Part shown: positions 1 through 12,381 of the stretch, piece by piece
How positions within the stretch are numbered: position 1 is the first letter of the stretch
Layout of the letters: every line of letters begins with the position of its first letter
Notes under the pieces: generated by a model
What the model was told of the DNA's origin: nothing
What the model saw: the letters and a program-made list of their open reading frames with translations, nothing else
Database searches by the model: none
Assembly: GCA_051362555.1 (NCBI GenBank)
Contig: CM120644.1
Span: forward strand, 18,994,534 to 19,058,533
Source of the DNA: Lingula anatina
Taxonomy: Eukaryota; Animalia; Brachiopoda
DNA: 64,000 bases
Direction of reading: 5' to 3'
Position numbers and translations under genes: made by a program

Positions 1-1434
1 ATTCAGTAGTATGTATATAATTACAGTCACATTCAACACCTCAACAACAACAAAAAAAAAATCAATAATAATAATAAATAAATTAATTAAAAATTTTAAA
101 AAATAATTATAATTTAAATAAATAAGTTAAATTAAGTTAAATTTAAAAACATGACTTCTATATTAAGATAAATTACCTTGAAGAAAGTTGAACCTTTTTA
201 TCGACAGATGAGTCAGTGAAAGTTGTTAAGAGAATGGAAATACCCCAGATGGTGCAGTTACAAAGAAGAGCAAATATTGTGGATGTTTCTCCTACCTATA
301 ATAAAAATGTTTTACTATTACAGCAAACTAAAATTCAAAAAGAAGTTAAGATAAAATTCAAAGTTAAACATTTAATAGATGCTATGTTTTTATAGATGAT
401 TGATGCAGATTGTTAGTTGCCTGCTAAAGCGTTTTTATTTTAACACTTTTTTTCACTATTTTAATTGTGTCAATTTTAGGTCAGTTTATAGCATAGATTA
501 ATTTTCAGAGCCAAAACACTTGCTTTTAATAACTAATAATATCATTACAAAGAAAAAATAGTGAGTAAAAACATAATTTACATAATAAATATGGCGACCG
601 CACACGCACATGGCAGGGATGGCCTCAGTGCACATCATGTAATATTGCGCATTAAATTAACTATACTTTGCAACCTTCAAATTTCATGATTTTTCTACAT
701 AATATAGCAAATTTCATAAACTTTGCTGGATATAAATTTCAAAAAGGTGAAACCAGCACTTACCTGAAATTTTTTAGCATTTTGTAGAGGCAAAACTTCA
801 AACAACCCGTACCGAAACTGCTCAAAGACTGCAACAAGGGAAAATCACGTGACCGGATTTTACTCTTTGATTTACAACTTATTTAGTTAATGGCTTGTAT
901 TAGTTTTTTTACGCGGTGCTAAAAGAGAGATTTAAAAAAGGGGTTCCATAGGCGAACTGTCAGCAGGCCTACTTCAGTTTTACACATCACTGCCCCTGGA
1001 TAGTTACGACTGAAGCGCCCCTAGCGGATTGTGATATACCTATTCATTGAACTTCTGCTGGATATTGGATGAGGTGCAAACAAAGGAGTCATGTGTAGAC
1101 CCTGGCCACTTTGCCACCAAATTGGTGAATCTGAAATGTTAACTTATGCTTCCATCTTTCTGAAAAAGCGTTTTTCCCATTTGGGTATAAAGTTGGGAAA
1201 GACTATGCTTCCTTGTTGAATGAAGATTCGGAATGTTGATTTTCTGATGGAGCAAAACATAATATTCTGTCTTTGTACTTATCTAATATATACTGTAACA
1301 AATCTGGTTGCAAGCATGTTACAAGGAGTGCACTTGTTTTTGTAACTTCATCTTCAATATTATCATCAATATTATCTGAAAAATGCACTTTTTACTTTAA
1401 TGTATTTTCACTATTATTACCTTTATTTCTGGCA

Positions 1435-2190
1435 ACTAAGCACCGAAGTCTAGTGCCCATTTTCTTCTGGATATGTGCATTCTCCTTAAGTAATCTCGCT
1501 GTCCAGACCAAAGGGCTGCTGTTGCTGGACCCTCCAGAAGGCTGAGCTGTCCCCATCCCCTACAAATGGATTGTAGCGTAATCCATTAAGTTCCATGGAA
1601 TGACTGTATAAAACAGAGGCACCCTCAGCTTCCATGGCCTGGGCTGAGCCTTCGTGGTTGTGATGGCACTCCTCTATGTGTTTCAGTTGAAAGTCAACCT
1701 CTTCCGCCGTGGTTTGGGGCAGCTTTTGAAAATTGTCACATGTCCGACACATGGTATACATATAGTGAACGTTCAGAATTTCTCCCGTATCCACTGAAAT
1801 TGCAGCCACAAATCCATGTTTAGACAAGTTTCTGGTTTGCCAGGAACCATTGAAGGTAACCCCACAGTCCACAATTTCTCCTGGATCGACATTGCTTCCT
1901 TTGAGGACCTGCTTCACGGGAAGCGGGGTGCCATCCATGCTCTCCTGAGCTCTCTCCCTGGCGCGGTTGCCTTAGTCTGTGTGTGGAGACGCCAACTGTT
2001 GTTTGCCACTGGAGCCGGCCTGGAGAGGAATGCTGAAATCTTCTCAGCAGAAGTGTTCCCCCTTCCAATAGCTCACATTCCTAGTACGCTGGCCCTATTG
2101 ACTTCAAAAATCCTCCCTGTCTTTTGCCACGTAGAGGTCCAGCCTTCCTCTGGCATACCACCTCATGCTGTGCATGCCCATCTTCCTCCC
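1435..2190 (-). pseudogene. Mutator-like (Kolobok-type) DDE transposase remnant
   Basis: ORF 1486-1938 has TFNGSWQTR..GFVAAISVDTGEIL..CRTC..CHHNHEGSAQAME..LRY..FVGDGDS. It continues after a frameshift as HIQKKMGTRLR; the upstream frame reads FEVNRASVLGM*AIGRG. Confidence 0.85.
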
Positions 2191-3440
2191 CTACCATAGT
2201 AAGAAACATTTTACTTTTAATACTGCCTTAAATTCTTTAAATTAATTTTGATTTAAATCTCAATTGATTTAAATTTCCCATTTCAAATTCCCTACATATT
2301 CACAATATGAAAACATCTTGAATCCACCTCAACATAGTAAGACTTTTGATATCTCCATTCTTCCAACTTTTGATATCTCCATTCTTCCAAACTTCTTCTG
2401 TCACAATCACCTATAACCAATAAAGATCAGATAAATATAAAAACTCAAAATATACCACTACATCTTTTATCACATAAGTAATAAAATTTAATGATATAAA
2501 TGAGATAAGCTACATATTTACTCCACTAAATCCATATAACAGATATCCCAATTTCTGTCTTCAAATATATAATAGTGTAATAAATAAAATCAAGAAAGTA
2601 TCTCTTACCTCAAAGAAACCTTTTTAGTATTATACAAAAATTCCGTAACTTACTTCATTTTCTTCAAACTTGTAACCTTATTACATTTCCCTAAGTCACC
2701 TGTAAACAACAATAAAATAAATGATAAATCAATACATTTATAAATACTTCCAACATACCATATCATATATAACTAAATATTAACTAAATAAAAAGATATT
2801 ATATACGCACATAAAAAATATACCCCTATGGATACATAATCTGCTCTGCAATAAGAAAAAAGGAAAAACATCTCTACCATACAAAAATTCACCTGAAATA
2901 ATATCTATCCCTCATAAGAAAAGTAACTCTAAGCATTGTTCCCTGCTTTTAAAGGTTATTATCTTTTCTAAATTTTCTTCCAAAATTTCTTGTGATTTTA
3001 CATACAGTCCTTCAAAACCCCATATATCAAAAATAAATATCTAAACGGGTACATCTTCTGCTCTGTAGCAACAAAGACACGTTTTCTCATTCTCAACTTT
3101 ACAAATTCCTTGGACCTCTTTTTCCTGCAACATTCCAAGATAATCAAAGTAATATTGTTTTCATAAAAAAATAACTAGATAAATTGCTCTTCATTGCCAT
3201 CAAATTCCTAACCAAGATTTCTGCTGAACATTCATACAGCCTTTTATGATTCCATTTTTTTTTTTGGACAATTGCTCTAATACAACAGAGTCTGTAGGTT
3301 TACAGCCTTTAAACTCTAATATTTTAAATGCCTGTTCATAGTAATCAAGTGGGGTGTCAACCCAATCACCTTTCTCTTCCATCAAAATGGTGCACACATT
3401 TTGGCCATCCATAACTTAAAAATAATCAATGTGCTTACTC

Positions 3441-3494
3441 CTGCTGGTGGTATAATACCAGGAGGCAGTATGGCCTCTCTGATCCTCTAGTTTT
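3441..3494 (+). mobile_element. Orphan 3' end of a Helentron/HINE
   Basis: gctggtggtataata-ccaggaggcagtatggcctctctgatcctctagtt closely matches the 3' end of the element at 14610-18147 (subTIR, hairpin, CTAG-TT). Confidence 0.75.
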
Positions 3495-3689
3495 CATTTG
3501 CTTAATTCATTTTTGCATCAAAACAAACATTTATCGATAAAATCTGTCTTAATTTCTTCAAAAATACAATGTAAAAATGGTTGACAAGTCAATAGGAAAT
3601 TATTTCTTTTTTTAAATATCTAACAATAGTCCCTCACCTGATAAGGGAAAAGACTTCTAGAAAAGCACTTTCGCTAAAAGATTCATAGG

Positions 3690-4560
3690 GCAAGACAATT
3701 TTCACTGTGAATGCAGATAATCATTAAACATGACAATTAATTTCCATGACCTGAACACCTATTTGAATCACATTTTAGAAGCTTACACTTGCAACTAATC
3801 TGGATGACACAGGACCTAGCCCCTTAAAGTGTTTTGCTATCCAATGAACTTTACTTCAAGTTTATTTTTTATTTCTCACCCACTTCCGTTGGGATGTGGT
3901 GCTTCAATCCACTGCTTGGTACATGTATCAGATTTCTGGATTTTTGTTTGATAACTTCATCTCTCAATATACAAAATCAGAGCATCTTGGGTAAGAGGCA
4001 TTCTCTGCTCACTTGGGGTTGACAAGCAAAATATGTTGAACCTGGCCTCATTGACATTACTAGCTTCCTTCTGGCTATAAAAATTGCAGACAAATTGTTC
4101 CATCACTTTTGATTTTCTCTTTGCAACTGCGAAGACTGCTCAAAGACAGGAGAAAGCATCTATGAAGTCACTATTGCCATAATTCATGTATATATCAAAA
4201 GCTTTCCTCTCTCCTTTCCCCAAAAAAGGGTTGCAGATTGTTAAAAGCACTGGAAGTATTGGTATGCCAAGCATCGATGTTTGAATTCACTAAATGAGAA
4301 TAGAACTATTGATTTTTTTTTAAGTGTGTGGATGTTTCGATGTTACCTTGCCTGCCTTAAACATATAGCCAGCCATCCTGAGTTTTTCAGCAGTTCCTCC
4401 AGTTAGTCCATGTATTGAATCTTTGTAGGAAAGTGTGGGAGTCCTGCCAAAGATTTCGTCTATTCTCTACTGATACTGGACTAAGCTGGGAGGTCCATAG
4501 CTGCCTTCTCCCAGACTCTACCATCTGGATCTATCACTATATTTCTTGCTGGGTCTGCTT
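3690..4560 (-). pseudogene. Academ-type transposase C-terminal remnant (XPG-like region + CXC Cys cluster)
   Basis: Minus-strand translation EQFVCNFYSQKEASNVNEARFNIFC..RMPLTQDAL, followed by Cys-rich ISCKCK..KCDSNRC; many stops and frameshifts. Confidence 0.7.
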
Positions 4561-4744
4561 GATACACCTAACTGTAAATCTGTAAATTTAAAAATATATA
4601 TGTAAGTACAAAAGAAGGTTTTACATATACTTTGTTAAATACAATTAGTCCTGAACAAAAACATGCATCAAAAAATAAAGAATAATTGTTGACAATGTAT
4701 TTTTTTCTTCCAACACAATGTTTTAGGCACCAAACAAATTTTGT

Positions 4745-4960
4745 ACACACCAGTCACAGCCGAGTTGTCCATTGTATTGTTTGCAGTTCCTTATCAAAGC
4801 CCGTGCAGGGCTGTCTGTGCAACAGATGAATGGAAATACGTTGAACCCCTTGAAAACTGAATGCATTTTCTCCTAGTTGTGAGCTTTCATTGGTGAAAGG
4901 TTTTAAAAATCTATTAATATTGTTGGGCTTGCTATGTCCAAATGAGACCAATTAAAAGAA
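4745..4960 (-). pseudogene. EnSpm/CACTA (CMC) transposase fragment
   Basis: FGHSKPNNINRFLKPFTNE then, frameshifted, ICCTDSPARALIRNCKQYNGQLGCDWC (D.PAR...NG..GC..C motif). Confidence 0.8.
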
Positions 4961-6219
4961 CACTTTTGGAGTGAAGATATGGAGGAAGTTCATTAAGAAA
5001 CACTGCCCTGGGGGGGGGGGGGGGGGGGGCATAAAAAGAATGTAATTTAAATTTAGATAGTCAACCAAATTCTCATGACACCAAAGAAGCTGCATGAGCA
5101 TTGCAAGGGAAAAAAAAAAGAAAAAGAAAATATATCAAAATTACCATCAAAATGGCATCTATTTCTGTGGAATTCCGACCCTACCGCTTTTTAGGAACAG
5201 TTTTTTTAGGGTTTGAATGGATGATTGAAGCAGGAAATACGCCTACTGCAAGAAAATATATGAAACAAAACGTGCGAAAGGTTATTTAAATAAAAAATTA
5301 TTTGAAGTCACTGAAAAATGATCACAAAATTACCTTCACTAATGTTACATGATGTGTCCCAGCCCAATGAAAACTTCATCTAATCCTATCTTTCCATATT
5401 AAAACTCTTCAATGCGTCCAAAGTAGTCTGTTGGTTAGCTTGTGTCATGAAGTCCATGCTAATATCAGTTTTCTTAAGAATTTCACATTTCTTGCTCAAC
5501 AAGGTCGATTTTTCTTCATTGTGTCCCATGTAACGTTAATAATGCTGAAACTTCAGAGATCGATTTTTATCAGATGACTTGAAATTGCCGCTTGAAAATT
5601 GTACATCGATAGCGATCTGCTTCCATACTCACTAATTGATGACGTCTCACACACAAATGGCTTCTTTTGCACACTGGAAAGCCAGGTAAAACTGCCAAGT
5701 GCCCCATTCTAATAATAAGTAATGCAGTGACACTGGAGATGGGATGCAGGGCACAGGTGTACTTCCCTCAATTTAACCACCACGGGATTGTTTATGGAGA
5801 TCTTCTTTGTATGAAGGAGAGAAATACTGAGCTTCGTTTCATTTTTCTTCTTACCATCCAATTAGTAGGGTGACTTCGTCTGAATTTTTCATTATGAAAA
5901 TCTGACAGAGGAGGCACATTGCAAATTGTTTGAAATTCCAAATCAAGCTTTAACAGATAAAATCACCAAATATTGTACCAAATATCTTTTGGCATACTAA
6001 ACCAAAATGAAGTTATAATAGCTCGATCTTTGGAGAATTTACCCATTTGACAAAAAAAAAAAAAAAAAAAAAAAAAAATTGTGGAATTCTAGGATTTTCT
6101 GTATCCTAAGGTGGCTCAGGATCCCTGCTGATTGAGTGTTTTGTTGTATAATTAAGTTTCTGAGATTAAAAAAAAAATAATATGGCTGCCTTGCCAAACT
6201 TGCCCACCTGTATGGCAAC

Positions 6220-7740
6220 TCTATGGTGATCAATGGGCATACAGGAATTATCTCTGAACACCCAGCTCAGCATGGCATGGCTTGTTGGCCTCTTCACTGT
6301 ACATTTCAATCAGACACAACAAAACAGTAACCTGATTTGACAGCACTGAAGTCAAAAAGACCTACTTGGATTTAGGCTATTTGCAACCTTACATCTTTGA
6401 TCTTTCAAAAGAGAATATTCAGTTTCTGTTTTATCTTATAGGTTTTTGGGGGAGGAGGCATTTCACTTTCTTTTTGGCATACCTTGCTTTCTTCTCACTT
6501 GTGGACTCTTTCAGGGAGTCAGGAAGACATGTGTTCTATGCTACATATTATGTTCAGTTGCCTGTCTAAATAAGGTACCGTAGGAAAATGTTGCCAGCAT
6601 AATCATCCAATGTGGTGACACAGGCAGGAAGACTGTGGACAATGGTTGCACCATGTAGCACCTCACAGTCATGTGTTGGTGGTTGATCTGGTTGTTCACA
6701 TGGCTCGGGGCTTTCAAATATCTGAAAGTGAAGGAGGGAATGACTGGTCCACCTAAAGGACAGGAAATTCCTAAAAGTTACAAAGTTTTACATTGAGATA
6801 TATAATTGACCATATAGTCATGTTATTCTGTACAAATTTAAGTCTGTAATTTTTCTTAGGATTGATCTTTCTGTTGGCTTTTCTGAAGAGAGCTGAGGAA
6901 TTCTTCTTGGTAGCAATATGAATAGACAAAATGCATCCATGGAAGAGACTATCTAAAGAAACTGCTGGTATTGTTTCTAGCATGTCCATATGAAAATGCT
7001 GGGTTCTCAGTCAAATCTTAAGTTTGACTTGTACTTATCTTTTACCATATTGTTCTCCTGCTCATGACCCTGATTGAATGGGATGGCTGAAAACAATTGG
7101 CTGTTTCAGAAATCACGCAGTTTGAAGCATTTTTCAGTCCTGCACAGCAGAGACTTAAGGACAGACACCTACCTGGCCTAGTAAACATAGGCCAAGGCAA
7201 AGAAAAGGTGCTGCTTGATCCAATGCTTCAACATGAAAGGTATATTTTCTCTCCTTAAGGGCTCTGCTACACAGTGGAATGTCATCATAATATGTCATGA
7301 TCTTAGAACATGAATGTTGACCAGATTCTAATGTAGCAATTAAGTCTTTTCTGCAAGTGTGGATGGGAGTTTCATCATTTGAACCTCTATTGAGCTGAGA
7401 GATTGCACAGGGTTAAGTGCAAGATTATGAGCATCATGTACTTGTTTTGAACCAGTGTGAGGACTTCATAGAAAGAAGAGATATCTTCAGTCTCAGTCTT
7501 CTAAGAGATGACACCAAGGGTCTTTTGGATTGAAATTTTTGTCCAATCTTCTCCCCACCTCCCCCAGTATTAGAATGCCTCCCTTCACCGTTCATTAATT
7601 ACTATAATTGCACTCACTGTACTCTGACAAATAGTGTCTGATCAAATATGGTTACTGTTACTGGGATTTGGCCTGGATTCAGATAGTCAACTGTTTGGCC
7701 AAAAACATCCATGCCATGCTTTATTTGATTGCCTTTATTG
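6220..7740 (-). pseudogene. Academ-type transposase remnant (copy A)
   Basis: Motifs IKHGMDV..VDYLNPGQIPV..FDQ, LFFAL..Y*AR, FSAIPFNQGHEQEN and VLHGATIVHSLP. Confidence 0.8.
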
Positions 7741-9088
7741 TGGATTCTAAAACCATCAGATAATTGATTTTGACTTTACTTGTATTATTTTCATATTTAC
7801 ATGTATAATATTTATATTTACATGCAGAATATGATTGAAAATGTGCATTTGTCATGAAAAAACACTGCAGCAGTAAAACAGGTCACAAAAATAAATAAAT
7901 AAATAAATAAATAAATAGCTCCCATTTAACTACAAAATTTCTTACTGGCTGTATGTGTTTATAAAGTAGGTTTGTTTCAAAAATCAGCCTGGTTGGATCA
8001 TTATTACATAAATTCTTGATTACTTTTTTGCATTTTTTCAAGCGTCATATCTTTTGGTATAAGTGTATGTCCCCAAAAATGCAAAGCTATTTTTGTTTTT
8101 ACTTAAAATTTGCTGGCTGGCTATATGTTGATAAGGCAGCTTCATATTGATAATACGCATGATGAATTATTTATGTGAAAGTTCCAATTGCTTTATTGTC
8201 TTTCAGACATGTTTTTCCACGGATCCATGGAATTCTGCATTTTTACGTGATTTCAGAGCATCTAAGATAAAAAAAAATAGGTTAGTTTTTTTTTACCCCA
8301 TGATAACTGTTCAGAGGAGTTTTTTTTTTTTTTTTTTTTTTTGAGACCTCAGCTCACTTTTTACTTTAAATTTGCTTAGTCACCTTATTTTTTATTATGG
8401 CAGGTTCAGTTTGAAAATCAACACGATTGAATATCCTGACAAAGTTTTATCTTTTCAGAGGTTTTTATGTATATATGTCAGATAGACTAATAATCTGACT
8501 TTCAATTTGACCTTGACTTCTGTGACCTGGTACAATCATTAAAACGTATATAGGGTAGACAATTGCAAAGACACCAAAAGTAAGTTTCTTTATGGAGAAT
8601 TATCTGAGATGTGTATATTTTTCATATAATTCCATAAATTGGTGACCATCTTGAACTATTTGCCCAAATGGGGTTATTCTCCAGAGGGTTAGGAGGCTAG
8701 TATGATTTAGTATGTCAAAAGGTATCTATATATGTACACCTGCAAAATTTGGTGTTTTTATCCAGCTAGTTGCCAATTATAGATGATGCCCTTAAAAATC
8801 TATTATGTGCTTAGATTGTGACTGGTTGTGATTGCATTGTGTCTGGCATGCACCACTGTCACAATCTATGAAAGCAGGGCAAATTGTCTCTTATTCATTT
8901 CAGTACTCTTTACAAATATTATTAATTTATGAAGATAAACTGAAAGTGTAAAGTAGCAATAGAATTCTGAAGCCAATAATGTTGTTTTTTGTGTATCAAA
9001 GGGGCCAGTAAGAGAACACCTACCAGTATAAATTCATGGTAATCTCTACTAAGATATACAATACTTCTTAGTACTTTTTTACAAGTAT

Positions 9089-9221
9089 TGTAGCAATTTG
9101 GGGTAAGTGCAGAAAAATCACCTGCCAGACCAGGGATTCGAACCCGGGACCTCTTGCTAACAGGGCGAGTGCTCTACCGCCTGAGCTACCCGGCCGGTTC
9201 TACCCTGCATCTGGCACTACA
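9089..9221 (-). mobile_element. 133-bp solo LTR containing a tRNA-like sequence (Helenus-type TRIM)
   Basis: TGTAG...CTACA termini and 4-bp TSD GTAT. Empty site in the paralog (acaagtatcttcc at ~36454). Minus strand has A box TAGCTCAGGCGG and B box GGTTCGAATCC. Confidence 0.85.
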
Positions 9222-10563
9222 GTATCTTCCTGTTTTTCAACTTTTTGTCAAACTCTCCCTTTTAAATCTAAGTTTTCTGTTGGACCAGCTATATTGTTCT
9301 TTAATACTGTTAAAATAATATGAACAGGCAGATTTTAAAGTAATCAGAAATACTTTATAAACTGTCCTTTGAGAAGAAGTCAGTCCATCAATTCTGCAGG
9401 TATGTTAAGTTGGATGTTGTCTATGTCCCAGATATTATAATGGACTTGGAGATCTTCCATCTATAAAGCACCTTGGTTTGTCTAGTCACACGGTGTAAAC
9501 AGACAGTGTAATAATCAGTATTACAATGCCCCTTCTAGACCTTTGCTTTTGTTAACATTCTTATGCTGGCTCATGTTTGGCTTTCTGTCATTCTTTTCTC
9601 AAATATACCTGCTCATCCCAAGTGATTTTTTGTACAAATTTGGAGGTGGTTTTCTGGAAAGAACAGTCTGTACGAGCTGTTTACTTGGACATTGTGCAGT
9701 TTCTGCTAGCTGTAAATTCTTAAGCTTGGCAGATGTTGGGAAATCTGACATAATATTGGAGGCTACTTTGCCTGGTGTTTCAAATATGCCTCCAATGAGG
9801 TGTAGATTGTCAAGATTCCAAATTATAAATACAACCTCTACCCACACTAACAACAACACATTTAATTTTTAATTAACATTAATAGATAATGAATCTATTT
9901 TATTTTATTAAACTATTTAACATCAGATAACATTAATTTCATTTTCGTGTAACCCTACTAACAACAGCACATATTTTAATTAGCATTAATTGAACATGAA
10001 TTGAATTTTATTAAATGTCAGATATCATTAAAGAATTCTGGTCACGTTTAGATCTATTTCTCGAATTTTGTAAATTCAGAAATCAATCTGTACACTATAG
10101 ATATGTTTTCATCAACACCCACCTTTTAAATAGTATAAAAACCTATTAGTAGAAAAACCATTTTAGTAAACCTCACCTCAGTATGCAAAAATGAAGCAAC
10201 AGATCTGGGTCACATAATAGTGTGACGACATAGAAGATAAAGGAGAAGGGCCGCAAGATTTAAGATTCCTGGATCAAGGAATTGCATAATAATAACTAAG
10301 AACTGAGGAAACAAGTTTTTGGTACACATATTAGATAATTTAACAGAAAACAAGAGAAAACCATGTCAGTACAATATAATGAATTACACACTGTGTTGAT
10401 CCCTGAAAATGAATGCTCAAATTGTTTTCTGAATATTGGGATTGTAATCAATGATAGTGTGGATTGTACGAAGGACAGCAGAAACAATGGAAGCTGGTGA
10501 GGTCACTTCTGTGCTGATGTCATTTTCTCCCAGTTGACAAAAAACTATATCTAAGTTTGCTGC

Positions 10564-10900
10564 CTAAATAGTTATGAGTTGTCTGTCAAAATCTAATTGA
10601 GAAATTCCAAAATAATTACTCATAAAAGATTCATCAAATGCTTCATTTAAGACTTCCATTTGAGGGTTATCAAGAGGGAGATACAGAACATTTATGCACG
10701 TTCTGCTTGTTGGCATTATTTGTGCTGAAAATTCTATTTGAGGTGCCAAAGTGAAACCTATTTCTCCTGGATCCCGTGATGAATGCTAGGACATCCTCTA
10801 GCATTACTGTCCTTTCATCCGCTGTCTTCTGGCGTCCTGCTGAAACAATGAGACTTGCATAACCAGAAAGACATTGATTTCCAATTATGTTTAGAAGAGG
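10564..10900 (-). pseudogene. G2E3-like HECT E3 ligase C-terminal fragment (copy A)
   Basis: LEDVLAFITGS..., then PTSRTCINVLYLP (catalytic Cys motif) ...AFDESFMSNYFG. Confidence 0.7.
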
Positions 10901-11439
10901 CCTTATATTGGGATGTATTTAATTGTCTTTCTGTACAAAAACACAATTTAAGTAGTGTAATGACTGAAGTGATTACAAGATCTAGAAGTTTTAATGATTT
11001 TCTGCATTGACAAAAAATTAACATCCCAATTGTTATCAAACTATAAACAAAGGTACTTTCTCCTACCATTCAGTATTTTCTAGGTGTGGATCCTCCCACT
11101 CGTCAGCTGAAAAATCTCCTTCAAACCTCCGATTCCTCAAATGCTGACTTTCGAGGGAGGGAGGGGGGGAGGTCTTTGTCCAGTTGATACCATTTTTTTC
11201 TCCCAAAAATTCTTTGTTCTAGCAAATCTTGCACCATTTTCACCGCCGATGCTTCTGATGTTAGCAAACATTATAATTATACTCCCTCAACCTGTTTTTG
11301 AGGACCCGGATTTGGGTGGATATCACCTGAGATTAGGAGCAATAGAAATATATTACTTATATAGAACAGACCAGGAGTTGTGGGTTATATAAGCAAAGAG
11401 GATGGAACATGGGTACCGGTAAGACCTGGCATACTTATT

Positions 11440-11730
11440 GACATCTTCACACCTCCTCTCAGACCACAGCCTCCTAAGATGGCCTTTCAATGGCTTGTTC
11501 AAGGGGCTATGCCTTAGAGGTGAACCCTCCTGGGATGATGGCTGGCTTTGCTGACACTCACTGTAGTGCCGGCACCACTCTCTCAGTGGTATGGGTGGAG
11601 AAGGCATCCATAACCAGAAGAGAAGGGTGTAGCTCAATGTAGTGTCTAAACATTTGGCCACCCATTCTAGCATGAGGTCTTCTGTCGTGTAGGCTGTAGG
11701 ACCTTTCCTCTGGACTTTCCACTACTGGAT
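11440..11730 (-). pseudogene. pogo-family DDE_1 transposase fragment
   Basis: EDLMLEWVAK..LLVMDAFSTHTT..PAIIPGGFTSKA*PL..LRRLW. Confidence 0.8.
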
Positions 11731-11799
11731 TTCTCTTGCCTTAAATAATGAAAGAATGCCATATTAAATAGTGATATTTATAACTGAACCTTGTAACTT

Positions 11800-12210
11800 G
11801 CTTGAAGTGTTAATAAGGCGGTATCATCCGCAAACTTACAAATCAGACAATAGGGCTATGAAGCATCACAATCAGATGTAAACAGTGATTACAAAAGAAT
11901 TGAAATGAGGCAGCCATAAGGCGTGCCAGTGGTTATCTCCATGCATGGTCTTTGACTCATTGGACTCGAAATTTGAAATCCAGTCACTGAGTGATGTACT
12001 TATATTGAGAGAATTACAGGTTTTTCTTGCAGATTAAAAAAGCAGTATTGTGTTTAAGCAAAGCTAAATCAATAAAGAGTATTTGTACATATTTGGGCAT
12101 TTTAGGTTTTAAAAACCTAAGGACATTGTGTAAAGTGATAGCAACATCATCCTCAGTAGAGCTGAACTTACGATATGCAAATCGAAAAGGATCAGAAGTA
12201 AAAATGTAAT
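11800..12210 (-). pseudogene. Degenerate Rex1/CR1-group LINE reverse transcriptase
   Basis: DPFRFAYRKFSSTEDDV..ILFIDFSFA, EITTGTPYG and KFADDTA. A probable upstream continuation lies at ~13770-14200. Confidence 0.75.
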
Positions 12211-12381
12211 TGCTATTATAAATTATTTATTATTATTTATTGCGGTTCAAGTACATTTTTTACAATGACTATGACCTAACAGTATACATAATATAATCAT
12301 ATAACTAAAATTACAATAGTAAATTACAATATTGTTTATACAATAACTGTGATCAGATTTTACAATTGCAGTATACGCTCG

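Larger units (their letters stand above)
5917..11224 (+). repeat. Segmental duplication copy A (paralog of 33087-39366)
   Basis: Long colinear near-identity, roughly 90% by eye; e.g. ORF 6366 vs 33567 both begin MDLGYLQPYIFDLSKEN. Confidence 0.95.

Noticed and set aside
1816-2199. Plus-strand 127-aa ORF
   Set aside because: Shadow of the minus-strand transposase; no independent motif.
9121-9195. Functional tRNA gene
   Set aside because: Stems are imperfect, and it lies inside a TSD-flanked insertion absent from the paralog.
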